Assembly (NCBI GenBank): GCA_051382335.1
Contig: JBBCAX010000253.1
Location: forward strand, 10,552 to 74,551
Origin: Deltaproteobacteria bacterium TL4
Lineage (GTDB): Bacteria > SAR324 > NAC60-12
Direction: 5' to 3'
Length of the DNA: 64,000 nt
Part shown: positions 49,154 through 58,671 of the stretch, one piece after another
Layout: each line of letters begins with the position of its first letter
Numbering within the stretch: the stretch's first letter is position 1
The notes under the pieces: model-generated
Seen by the model: the letters and a program-made list of their open reading frames with translations, nothing else
What the model was told of the DNA's origin: nothing
The model's database searches: none
Made by a program: the position numbers and the translations under genes

Positions 49154-49335
49154 CCTCCAGTTTCCACACGATAATATCCGTAGGATCTGTTTAATCCGTG
49201 AGCCTTTATAGAGAATAACGCATTACGGATGAGGAAACTTTAAGGAATCGCACATAAATAACTTACCCATTTGCCTCCAGTCAGCCACAGCAATGTGCTG
49301 CAGAGGTTTACTAAAAAAGGGCATAGGGCATAGGG

Positions 49336-49518
49336 CAATACCCGTGAATGAAATCATGTTCGTAGTTCCGCCTTTAGGCGGTAAGCCTTGCAGAAAATCC
49401 GCCTAAAGGCGGAACTACGAACTTTTCACAAGGACTTCAGAAAAACTCGCTATAATTTTATAAGTGGCTGTAATTAAAATACTTATTATTATTTTCCCAA
49501 TTCCATTCACGGGTATTG
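49336..49518. mobile_element. 183-bp MITE with IS4-like ends and 10-bp target duplication, carrying a GTAG REP doublet
   Basis: CAATACCCGTGAATG ... CATTCACGGGTATTG; GGGCATAGGG at 49326-49335 and 49519-49528. Internal GTAGTTCCGCCTTTAGGCGG ... CCGCCTAAAGGCGGAACTAC. Confidence 0.85.
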
Positions 49519-49625
49519 GGGCATAGGGCAGCCAAGAGACTAATCCCCAATCCCTATTCCCTTGGAGTGGCAACCAATTAGATTGGGTATTGGGAATGTT
49601 ATTCATGAGCGATTCCTTAGGAAAC

Positions 49626-50363
49626 TCAAAACATTCCACCATTGACGTGTAATACTGTGCCGGAAATATAAGTGCTTTTACTTGAAACCAGAAATTCAAC
49701 CGCATTGGCGATATCTTCAACGGTTCCTATGCGTTTTAAGGGAATTTGCTTTAGCAATTCTTCATGTGTTTTTTCATTCAGCCCTTGAGTCATATCCGTT
49801 TCGATGTAACCTGGAGCAACGGCATTACAGGTAATATTTCTACTTCCCAGTTCTTTTGCGACAGATTTTGTAAAACCAATAATTCCCGCTTTGGTGGTAC
49901 TATAGTTTGCTTGTCCGGGGTTCCCTGTAAATCCAACGACTGAGGACAAGTTCACAATTCGACCGTAGCGTTGTTTGACCATTGTTTTTATGACAGCACG
50001 AGTCACATGATACATCCCATTGAGGTTAACTTCGATCACGGCATTCCATTCTTCAAGCTTCATCCTCATTAACAGATTATCCTGGGTGATGCCTGCATTA
50101 TTCACTAAAATGTCAATTCGCCCAAAGCGTTCCAACGCCTGAGAAATCATTTCATTAACAGCTACTGAGTTGGAGACATCGACACTAAAAGCTAAGGCTT
50201 TTCGCCCTAAAGATTCAATAGCTGCTACAACAGGAAGAGCGTCTCCTTGGGTTCTATTCGTAATAATAATATCCGCACCGGCTTCCGCTAACTTGAGAGC
50301 AATCGCCTTCCCGATTCCGCGACTGGCTCCCGTAACCAAGGCGACACGATCTTGTAAATCCAT
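49626..50363 (-). CDS. fabG: 3-oxoacyl-ACP reductase
   Basis: Motifs TGASRGIG, NNAGITQDNLLMRMK, GNPGQANY...K and VNGGM. Confidence 0.93.
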   Translation of the reverse strand: MDLQDRVALVTGASRGIGKAIALKLAEAGADIIITNRTQGDALPVVAAIESLGRKALAFSVDVSNSVAVNEMISQALERFGRIDILVNNAGITQDNLLMRMKLEEWNAVIEVNLNGMYHVTRAVIKTMVKQRYGRIVNLSSVVGFTGNPGQANYSTTKAGIIGFTKSVAKELGSRNITCNAVAPGYIETDMTQGLNEKTHEELLKQIPLKRIGTVEDIANAVEFLVSSKSTYISGTVLHVNGGMF

Positions 50364-50459
50364 AATAGTCCTCAACTCAATAAGCGGTATGTCCTTGCGG
50401 ATTGTAACGGGGTGCCCTCTGGCCAAGTGATATGGTTCAGCATGGTTGTGGTCGAATTG

Positions 50460-51716
50460 TTATCGAATTTTGAAGTAAACAATAACGGCAATCACAAACA
50501 ACCAGATCGACTTGAGATGGATATGCCAAATAACACGACTATTCACATCCACGGGATTCGACAACTTTTCTTCATCTTTTAAAGCACCAATCCCCAGTTT
50601 GCTCAATACGGACAACCAAATGGAGATGACTTCAGGCTTTTTTTCGGAATAAGTCCATAGTTTTTGTAAATGATGGTGATAAGGCGAGCGCAGAAAAAAA
50701 CGATATCGTTCCGCAACAGGGCGTCCTTTCGTCCATAAAATAATTTTAAACACACCTTGCTGAATCATGGTGGATAAGACGGAAATGACAAAAACCCCGC
50801 CAACAATTGGAAGAAACAATTCGGCTTTGACAAAAATAAACATGGTTGAAATCGTACTCCCCAAGGCTAAAGCGCCCAGGTCTCCCATATAAATGGACGC
50901 CGGAGGGGCATTGTATTTTAGAAAGGTAAATCCCGCACTTAAAATGGCCATGGCCAACACACTCAATTCTTTGGTATCATACGTCAATTCTGGAATTTTC
51001 AAACGGTTTGCCCAATCGACATCGCCACCGATATACGCGACCGCGGCAACAAACAACGCACAGGTCATCAACGGAACAGTCGCTAAAGAATCCATTCCAT
51101 CCGTCAAGTTAACAGCATTGGCGCCACCCACTATCACAATGACCATAAAAGGAATAAACAAATACTTGGGAAGGTAGGGGTACCAAGCTTTCAAGGGCAC
51201 AAAAGGAACAACAAGGTGTCCGTCAATATCGATATAAAGATACAGAACCAAAACCACGACAAGGGCGACACCCAATTCAGCGAGCAGTCGCATTCGACCA
51301 CTAATGCCATCCGCTTTATCACTATAGGATTTGCGCCTTTCCTGCCCGGACTCGATACACCGCTTATGATAAACTTTGGCAACATCGTCAACCGCACCAA
51401 TGACTCCAAAAGAAACCATGATCGTGAGTAAAGCCACCACATATTGATTCAGGTTGCACCAGAGTAGAGTCGCGATGAAAATCGCAATGATCAGAACACC
51501 ACCACCCATGATAGGTGTTGCGCCAGTATAGGGCTTGGAATCAGGAATTGCTGCGGTAAAATCGGAAGTAATGCCTTGACGTCGAAAGAGACTGATGACC
51601 TTGGGCATTAAGAAGAGGATGATCAGATAAGCGGTAAGGAAAGTCATCCCTCCACGGAACAAGACCGACTTAAATACCTGATAGTGCCAAATTGAATACA
51701 ACAGAGCCGCTAACAT
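50460..51716 (-). CDS. mraY: Phospho-N-acetylmuramoyl-pentapeptide transferase (MraY-like)
   Basis: Motifs TPIMGG, GAVDD, NAVNLTDGMD, YNAPPASIYMGD and PYHHH. Confidence 0.82.
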   Translation of the reverse strand: MLAALLYSIWHYQVFKSVLFRGGMTFLTAYLIILFLMPKVISLFRRQGITSDFTAAIPDSKPYTGATPIMGGGVLIIAIFIATLLWCNLNQYVVALLTIMVSFGVIGAVDDVAKVYHKRCIESGQERRKSYSDKADGISGRMRLLAELGVALVVVLVLYLYIDIDGHLVVPFVPLKAWYPYLPKYLFIPFMVIVIVGGANAVNLTDGMDSLATVPLMTCALFVAAVAYIGGDVDWANRLKIPELTYDTKELSVLAMAILSAGFTFLKYNAPPASIYMGDLGALALGSTISTMFIFVKAELFLPIVGGVFVISVLSTMIQQGVFKIILWTKGRPVAERYRFFLRSPYHHHLQKLWTYSEKKPEVISIWLSVLSKLGIGALKDEEKLSNPVDVNSRVIWHIHLKSIWLFVIAVIVYFKIR

Positions 51717-51839
51717 AATTTTTTTTTATGGAAGAATAGTAAAACTGATCGCTGACAGCCCTGTTTTCAGTCAAGTAATGGGAGATAAACCAAGGGAACA
51801 TCCCCAATGAAAAAGCCGGCATTCTCTGCCCGCCATTCA

Positions 51840-52409
51840 TCAGATTGTCATCATTTCATCTACTTTTTTGGAAATAATGCCATCAACAGACTCGATGTGC
51901 TTATCCGTAAGTTCCTGAATTTTCTGTAGTGCGATTTTTTCGTCATCCTTGGAAAGATGTTTATCTTTTTCCAGTTTTTTCAAACTTTCATTCCCCTCTC
52001 TCCGTGCATTCCGAATAGCAATCTTACAATCCTCCCCAATTTTTTTGATTTGCTTCACCATGTCTTTTCGGCGATCCTCAGTCAGTGGAGGCATCACGGC
52101 ACGGATCAGATTTCCGTCATTACTGACACTTAAGTCCAAGTTTGCTTTCAAAATCGCTCTTTCGATTTCTTTAAGCATACTTTTTTCCCAAGGATTGATC
52201 GCTATCATCTGAGGTTCAGGGGTTGAGAGCGTTCCGACCTGGGAAACAGGGGTCAGCTTTCCGTAATAATCCACCTTGATATGCTCCAAAATCGCGGGAG
52301 TCAAACGTCCAGCATGAATATTACTGAAATTTTTTCTCAAGACCTCTACCGATTGATCCATTTTGAGTTCAGTATCCAAATAAACATCGTCTATGCTTTC
52401 TTCATTCAT
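51840..52409 (-). CDS. frr: Ribosome recycling factor
   Basis: Motifs VDYYG, NDG.LIR..MPPLTEDRRK and IRNARR. Confidence 0.95.
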   Translation of the reverse strand: MNEESIDDVYLDTELKMDQSVEVLRKNFSNIHAGRLTPAILEHIKVDYYGKLTPVSQVGTLSTPEPQMIAINPWEKSMLKEIERAILKANLDLSVSNDGNLIRAVMPPLTEDRRKDMVKQIKKIGEDCKIAIRNARREGNESLKKLEKDKHLSKDDEKIALQKIQELTDKHIESVDGIISKKVDEMMTI

Positions 52410-52414
52410 ATGCT

Positions 52415-53134
52415 TCAATTGATTATAGTTCCAATAGTTTCACCACAAACGGCTTTCAAGATGGAATCCGTTTGATGTAAGTCCAAGACCAGAATGGGCA
52501 AATTATTATCTTTGCAAAAAGCAATCGCCGTCAAATCCATGACTTTCAATTCTCGTTCCAAAACTTCAGAATAAGAAAGTTTTGAATAACGAATCGCATC
52601 TGGATAGATCATGGGATCTTTATCATAAACCCCATCAGTTTTAGTTGCTTTGATCACAATCTCTGCGCCAATTTCTGAGGCACGCAACACGGCAGCCGTA
52701 TCGGTTGTGAAAAAAGGATTGCCTGTACCCGCGGCAAAGATAACGATTCGCTCCTTCTCCAAGTGCCGATCGGCACGTCGTTTGATGTAAGGTTCCGCAA
52801 TCGCGCTCAAGGCTAACGCCGTCATGACCCGAGTCACCATTCCTTTTTGTTCCAGCATTTCTTGAAGACAAATACTATTGATAACGGTGGCCAACATTCC
52901 CATGTAATCACCAGGAACACGACCTATATAGCCACCTGAAGAGCGTGCGCCCCTAAAAATATTACCACCACCCACAACAATGCCTACTTCAACCCCTAAT
53001 TGATGAACCGCAATCACGTTATCGGCAATGCCCTGAATCACTTCGTAATCAAACCCTACACCATTCACTCCCCCGAGAGTTTCACCACTTAACTTTAATA
53101 AGATGCGTTTATATTTTGGTTTCAAATTTTTCAA
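52415..53134 (-). CDS. pyrH: UMP kinase
   Basis: Motifs RILLKLSGE, GGGNIFRG, GTGNPFFTTD and DGVYDKDP. Confidence 0.96.
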   Translation of the reverse strand: MKNLKPKYKRILLKLSGETLGGVNGVGFDYEVIQGIADNVIAVHQLGVEVGIVVGGGNIFRGARSSGGYIGRVPGDYMGMLATVINSICLQEMLEQKGMVTRVMTALALSAIAEPYIKRRADRHLEKERIVIFAAGTGNPFFTTDTAAVLRASEIGAEIVIKATKTDGVYDKDPMIYPDAIRYSKLSYSEVLERELKVMDLTAIAFCKDNNLPILVLDLHQTDSILKAVCGETIGTIIN

Positions 53135-53982
53135 AACTGAAATTTTACAAATTGATCCAAGGAGACGTGTTGTCCTAAATCCTTGGAAATTGATTGTACG
53201 AGTTGCTCGATGGTTTGGTCAGGATTCTTCACAAAGGGTTGTGTGAGAACACAAACTTCTTTCAGGTATCGCTGAATTCTGCCTTCGGCCATTTTTTCAA
53301 TGATATTAGCAGGCTTCCCTGATTCCTGGGCTTGGGCCAAAATAATTTCCCGTTCTTTTTGAAGAACGCTCTGATCCATATCTTCCGGACCAATCGCTTG
53401 TACCGTAGATGCGGCAATATGCATTGCGATATCTTTTGCCAATTGCTCCAGTGTTTCCTTATTTTCTGACTTATCGGTTCCTAATTTCACAAGCACACCA
53501 ATTTTGCGATTTGTATGCACGTAACCCTGAATTACGCCAACAGAACATTCAACTCGCTGGGCGTCAAGAATTTGCATGTTTTCGCCTAATTCCGCAATGG
53601 TATTGTCCAGCAGATCTTTAATGGTACCACCCTCACTCAGCTGTTGTTCCAGAACGTTTTCTGCTCCAGCCTTGGCAACCTGCGCTCCAAGCCTTTGCAG
53701 CATGGCGACAAATTTATCGTTACGTGCGACGAAGTCCGTTTCACACGCAACTTTTACAATAGATGCGACTCGGCGATCAGCACTTATAAAAACGCCCACC
53801 GCCCCTTCTGACGTTTCACGAGCAGATTTTTTCAGAGCCTTCGCTTGGCCTTTTTTTCTCAATAGTTCTTTTGCGACCTCCATGTCTCCATCGGATTCAA
53901 CCAGGGCTTTTTTACATTCCATCATCGCAACCCCTGTGATTTCCCGTAGATCTTTGACCATGTTCGCTGTGATATTTGCCAT
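53131..53982 (-). CDS. tsf: Elongation factor Ts
   Basis: Motifs VKDLREITG.MMECKKAL and CETDFVA. Confidence 0.96.
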   Translation of the reverse strand: MANITANMVKDLREITGVAMMECKKALVESDGDMEVAKELLRKKGQAKALKKSARETSEGAVGVFISADRRVASIVKVACETDFVARNDKFVAMLQRLGAQVAKAGAENVLEQQLSEGGTIKDLLDNTIAELGENMQILDAQRVECSVGVIQGYVHTNRKIGVLVKLGTDKSENKETLEQLAKDIAMHIAASTVQAIGPEDMDQSVLQKEREIILAQAQESGKPANIIEKMAEGRIQRYLKEVCVLTQPFVKNPDQTIEQLVQSISKDLGQHVSLDQFVKFQF

Positions 53983-54129
53983 TTTAACCTTTTTTTATGA
54001 TAACATTTGGGAAAGAAATCAATCAACACAACCGAGCTGCTTCAAAAAAGGTTTCAGCATTGACGACTCAACCGCTATTTTACCGAAACCTTTCTGTAAC
54101 CCAAAGCATTAGGATTGTTCCATTGAAGC

Positions 54130-55167
54130 TTAAGCCTCAGTTTCTGCGCCCTCTTCTTCTGAATCCAGATTTTCTGAGGAGGCACTGCTGAACTCCGTTG
54201 GATCTTGATTTTCAGATGAAAGCTCAGATTCTTGAGGTTTTGAACTCGATGCTTTTCTTACGATGTTGTTTCTGGCCGGTTTTGCTTTTTTATCGAAATC
54301 GGCCTTTACTTCATCATCGGTAGAGGGTGTTTGATCCTCAGCGGAAACATCTTCCTCTGCATCAGGAGAAACACTCTTTCTGATCATTTTACGCTGAGGT
54401 TCTTTCCCCGGTCTACGTTTTTCTTTTCCTTGTGTTTTCTCCCCAGCGTCGTTAATCGCATCCTCTTTTCTTCTGGCGTCAAAAAGAGTACGTCCTTCAA
54501 GGACAGCGACAGCGATTACATTTGCGAAAAGCTCAACCGCCCGTGGCGAATCATCGTTTCCGGGAATAGTAAAAGTAATTCCACGAGGATCACAGTTCGT
54601 ATCCACAATTGAAATAATAGGAATATCCAACTTGTGAGCTTCCTGTATGGCAATACGTTCCTTCTTGCAGTCAACAATAAACAAAATATGAGGAAAACTT
54701 TTCATATTCTTCACACCACCTAAGGAACGCTCCAGCTTTATTCGAACATTTTCCAATCGGAGTGCTTCTTTTTTCAAAATCCCGGGGTATGAACCATCTT
54801 CGCCCATCAACTCCTCATAGGATTTGAGTCTGGCAATCGACTGTTTGATCGTAGAAAAATTGGTTAATAGCCCTCCAAGCCAACGAAAATTAATATAGGC
54901 ACTATTGCATCGCTGGGCTTCTGCTTTAATGACTTCTTGAATTTGGGGTTTTGTTCCAACAAACAAAACCTCTTTCCCTTCAGCGGCAGCATCACGAACG
55001 TACTCATAAACAATTTTCAACTCGTGCATCGTTTTGCGTAAGTCAATGATGTGTATTCCACTCTTCGAACCGTAAATATATTTTCCCATTTTGGGATGCC
55101 AACGACGAGTTTGATGTCCTAAGTGAACGCCAGCCTCAATCAGATGTTTCATCGAAACGACTGTCAT
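54130..55167 (-). CDS. rpsB: 30S ribosomal protein S2 with a long charged C-terminal extension
   Basis: Motifs AGVHLGH, RWLGGLLTN, VDTN and PGNDD. Confidence 0.96.
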   Translation of the reverse strand: MTVVSMKHLIEAGVHLGHQTRRWHPKMGKYIYGSKSGIHIIDLRKTMHELKIVYEYVRDAAAEGKEVLFVGTKPQIQEVIKAEAQRCNSAYINFRWLGGLLTNFSTIKQSIARLKSYEELMGEDGSYPGILKKEALRLENVRIKLERSLGGVKNMKSFPHILFIVDCKKERIAIQEAHKLDIPIISIVDTNCDPRGITFTIPGNDDSPRAVELFANVIAVAVLEGRTLFDARRKEDAINDAGEKTQGKEKRRPGKEPQRKMIRKSVSPDAEEDVSAEDQTPSTDDEVKADFDKKAKPARNNIVRKASSSKPQESELSSENQDPTEFSSASSENLDSEEEGAETEA

Positions 55168-55380
55168 GTATTACTCCAATTGGATAAAACTTCTCTTCCC
55201 TTTTCTTAAAGCATTTGCCATAATCAACACTTCAAGGGCACGCAAAATTCAGGCGAGTCTGAATTCAACAAGAAGTTTATTTAAATGTTAATATTAATAT
55301 TGAGTTTAAAACCCCATTTAGATAAAGGAATACTGTTTGTTTTGCAAGACTATTTTAACCCTCGTTTCTTTAATAAACCT

Positions 55381-58300
55381 ATGAAGCTTCATTTCATCAG
55401 CATAATTACGGGACTTTTGATTCTCAGTGCGTGTCAAGGACCAGAGCCGTTGATTCCACCCAAAGTCAAGGCAGGGGTCATGGATCTTTCTTCTTGGAAT
55501 CTTCAGAAAAATGGCACATTGAAACTTGAGGGGGAGTGGGAATTATATTGGCAGCAATTTTTAGAACCAACGGATTTTCAATTAACGCAAGTAAAACCTA
55601 CTCTTTATTTTCCTGTTCCCAAAATATGGAACCACTATGAGCAGGAAGGACTTCGTTTGTCAGGCAAAGGCTACGCAACCTATCGTTTGAAAGTCCTCAT
55701 TCCCTCCTCTTTACATGGCCAAATAATAGCCATCTACGTTACGGCACCTGCCTCTGCTTATCGTTTGTGGATCAACGGGGAAGAAAAGAAAGGGAATGGA
55801 AAAGTTGGCAAATCCGCTGAAGAGATGAACGGACTCTACCTTCCCCGTATCTTTCATTTTGTGGCACAGCAAGAAAATGAAATTGTCTTCCAGATTTCCA
55901 ATTTTATTCACAGAGAAGGCGGTATGTGGCAAGCGCCCAGCCTTGGGACGGTGGACTCAATTCAAAAAAATAGAGACACCCAATTACAATTTGAGCTTTT
56001 CCTGGTCGGAAGTCTGTTGATCATGGGATGCTACCATTTGGGACTCTTTGCCTTGCGCCAAAAGGATCTCTCTCCTTTATATTTTGGACTGTTTTGTGTT
56101 ATTTTCGCGTTCAGAGCTTCGGTAACAGGAGAGCGTTTTCTTGTGGTTTATTTAGCCGACTATTGGGAACTGAGCCATGCTATTGAATATTTAACGTTTT
56201 ATATGGCGCCTCCTATTTTCATCATGTTCCTTTATTCACTGTTTCCCAAAGAAAATATCAAAGCTATTGTGATTTTATTTCAGGTTGTCGGTTTGATTTT
56301 CAGCTTAATCGTCATTTCTGTCCGTGCTGTCATTTACACACATACCTTGATTCCGTATCAATGGATCACGATTGTTTCTTTCTTCTACGAAATATATGTC
56401 ATTTTCTTTGCGATTCGCAGGAAAAGAGAAGGCTCCCTTTTGTTGTTATGCGGGTTCATCGCTATAGTGACTACCGCAATCAATGATCTGTTATGTTCCA
56501 ATCAAATCATTTACACAGGATTTTTTGTTCCCTTTGGTTTATTTCTCTTCATCTTCTTCCAATCGTACATTCTCTCAATGAAGTTCTCGAGAGCCTTTAC
56601 CCTTTCAGAAGAATTAACGGACCACCTTGAAGAAAAAGTGGAACAACGCACTTATGAATTAAATCGGGCTTTACAGGAAACAACCCAAAAAGAACAAGAA
56701 ATCACACATATCAACAAAGTGATGCAAGCGGTTAATTCCACGTTAAGTTTGTCCAATGTAATGGCCAGCGTCACTGAAGCGTTAAAGAGTATTTCTACTT
56801 TTGATGTAATAGGCATTCTGCTCAAAAATGAGGAAGAACAATGGATCAAGATCCACAGGATCTATGGCAAAACCATCAACGATGACCTTCGTGAACGTTG
56901 TTATCAGATCGTCATTCCGTTTGATTCAAAAGAAAGTACGCAAACAGGGGTCATGCAGAGAAGGACACCGTTGTACGTTAAAGAAATCGACGAGGACGCC
57001 CTGTTACCCTCCGATCGAAAGTTATTTAAGCTCCTGAAGTTTAAGTCCATTATCAGTTTCCCCCTGAATGTCCAAAACACAACGATTGGAACCATCACGT
57101 TCATCAATCTGGATCAAGTCCTGGAATTATCAACAGTTGATATTGACAAAATCGAACGGTATGTGACACAAATCGCGACCTCGGTTCTCAATGCCAAGTT
57201 TTACGAACAAAGTCAGGAAACGCAAAAGAAGATTCAGGAAAAAAATGAACAACTCGAGGCAAATTATACGGAACTTCTGGCAAGTAACCGTAAGCTTGAG
57301 GACTTGAATACCACCAAAGAACAACTCCTGCACAAACTCAATTCTCTGCAGGAAAATGAAGTTCAGACCCTACAAAAATTGGTTAACAAGCTTTTAAAAG
57401 AACCTCAAAATAGCTCAAAAGAGGAACTCCGGAAAATTGCCCGTGAAGTCCATCAGATCGAAGAAACCCTTCGACCGGTCACCTCGCTGCATCTTTCAGA
57501 AAAGGCCATTCAAAGCAAGCGGGTATTGTTAGCGGAATCGGACAAAAAGCAACAAATTATCGCGAAAATGGCGTTAGGAGGAACTGGCGTGGAGCTTGAT
57601 ATTGTTTCCACTATCGAACAGGGACAGACCTTATTACAATCCCAACATTATGATATCATTTGCACCAATGTGGAATTGATCGAACTTTCAGCCTTTGCTC
57701 ATACCCACTTTCCCCAAATTCAATCTGTTTTTATGACCTCTGAAAATGTGTCCTCTTATATTCCAATACTCAAAAAATATCCTCATATTTCAAATATTGT
57801 TTCCCGGAATGATGAAGACCGTACCTTTACCCTCAAAAATATCATCACCACCATCAGCAAACTCCTCACGGAAGATTTATTTTCCCTGGAAAAGTACTTG
57901 AGTTGGGGCGTAGAAGTCCATCAACATGAGATTACACGGAGTGACTTACGTTCGAATCTGGTTGACACCATGAATCGTGATTTGGAAAATCTGGGAGTAA
58001 GACGTAGTATTCTGGCGAAATGTGCCATGGTTACCGAGGAGTTGCTGATGAATGCCATTTATGACGCGCCGGTAGATGCCAGCGGAAAATCTTTATACAA
58101 TCACCTTCCCAGAACAGATGTTGTGGTGTTACGCCAAGCAGAACGTGGGAAATTACGTTACGCCTGTGATGGTTTGTTATTGGCTATTTCCGTTGAAGAC
58201 CCCTTTGGAGCCTTTGGTAGAAAAACCATTCTTGATTATTTGGAAAGTTGTTACGAAGGTCGAGCCGGCTCGTTAAACACTCACAAAGGCGGAGCGGGCC

Positions 58301-58449
58301 GAGGCCTTTTTCATATTCTGGAAACGTCGGATCTCGTTGTTTTCAACGTCAAACCCCATGTTCGCACAGAAGTCATTGCCATTTTCAATATTGATCCCGG
58401 TAAACCCAAATCCGAAAAAAATACCTCCTTCCATTATTTCGCGAATTGA
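55381..58449 (+). CDS. 7TM-DISM receptor with extracellular sugar-binding-like domain, GAF, receiver-like and RsbW-like ATPase domains
   Basis: LxGEWxxYW and YATYRL extracellular motifs; seven TMs; LEEKVEQRT linker; GAF; EELLMNA ... GAGRGL. Confidence 0.75.
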   Translation: MKLHFISIITGLLILSACQGPEPLIPPKVKAGVMDLSSWNLQKNGTLKLEGEWELYWQQFLEPTDFQLTQVKPTLYFPVPKIWNHYEQEGLRLSGKGYATYRLKVLIPSSLHGQIIAIYVTAPASAYRLWINGEEKKGNGKVGKSAEEMNGLYLPRIFHFVAQQENEIVFQISNFIHREGGMWQAPSLGTVDSIQKNRDTQLQFELFLVGSLLIMGCYHLGLFALRQKDLSPLYFGLFCVIFAFRASVTGERFLVVYLADYWELSHAIEYLTFYMAPPIFIMFLYSLFPKENIKAIVILFQVVGLIFSLIVISVRAVIYTHTLIPYQWITIVSFFYEIYVIFFAIRRKREGSLLLLCGFIAIVTTAINDLLCSNQIIYTGFFVPFGLFLFIFFQSYILSMKFSRAFTLSEELTDHLEEKVEQRTYELNRALQETTQKEQEITHINKVMQAVNSTLSLSNVMASVTEALKSISTFDVIGILLKNEEEQWIKIHRIYGKTINDDLRERCYQIVIPFDSKESTQTGVMQRRTPLYVKEIDEDALLPSDRKLFKLLKFKSIISFPLNVQNTTIGTITFINLDQVLELSTVDIDKIERYVTQIATSVLNAKFYEQSQETQKKIQEKNEQLEANYTELLASNRKLEDLNTTKEQLLHKLNSLQENEVQTLQKLVNKLLKEPQNSSKEELRKIAREVHQIEETLRPVTSLHLSEKAIQSKRVLLAESDKKQQIIAKMALGGTGVELDIVSTIEQGQTLLQSQHYDIICTNVELIELSAFAHTHFPQIQSVFMTSENVSSYIPILKKYPHISNIVSRNDEDRTFTLKNIITTISKLLTEDLFSLEKYLSWGVEVHQHEITRSDLRSNLVDTMNRDLENLGVRRSILAKCAMVTEELLMNAIYDAPVDASGKSLYNHLPRTDVVVLRQAERGKLRYACDGLLLAISVEDPFGAFGRKTILDYLESCYEGRAGSLNTHKGGAGRGLFHILETSDLVVFNVKPHVRTEVIAIFNIDPGKPKSEKNTSFHYFAN

Positions 58450-58671
58450 GCCCAGCTTGTGAAAATGAGGCGTTTGGCAGGGCTCAGCCTCGCAGGCTGA
58501 GCGGAGTCGAAGCCGGATTTCAACGCTTACCGCCTTTTGGCGAAACGATGACGGTGGCCTGTCCCTAGGCTCTGAAAAAAATAATGAATCATGCCCCACT
58601 TTTCTATTGTAAAGACTCCTTTGCTTTTGTTACAAGTCAGTATCTACTCAAAACTCATTGGTTCGTAAGCA

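Noticed and set aside
55168..55270. rpsB leader RNA
   Set aside because: The position is plausible, but the structure cannot be supported without a covariance model.
58448..58575. Repeat-like sequence containing GCTGAGCGGAGTCGAAGC
   Set aside because: Probably a dispersed repeat remnant, but its ends and duplication could not be defined.
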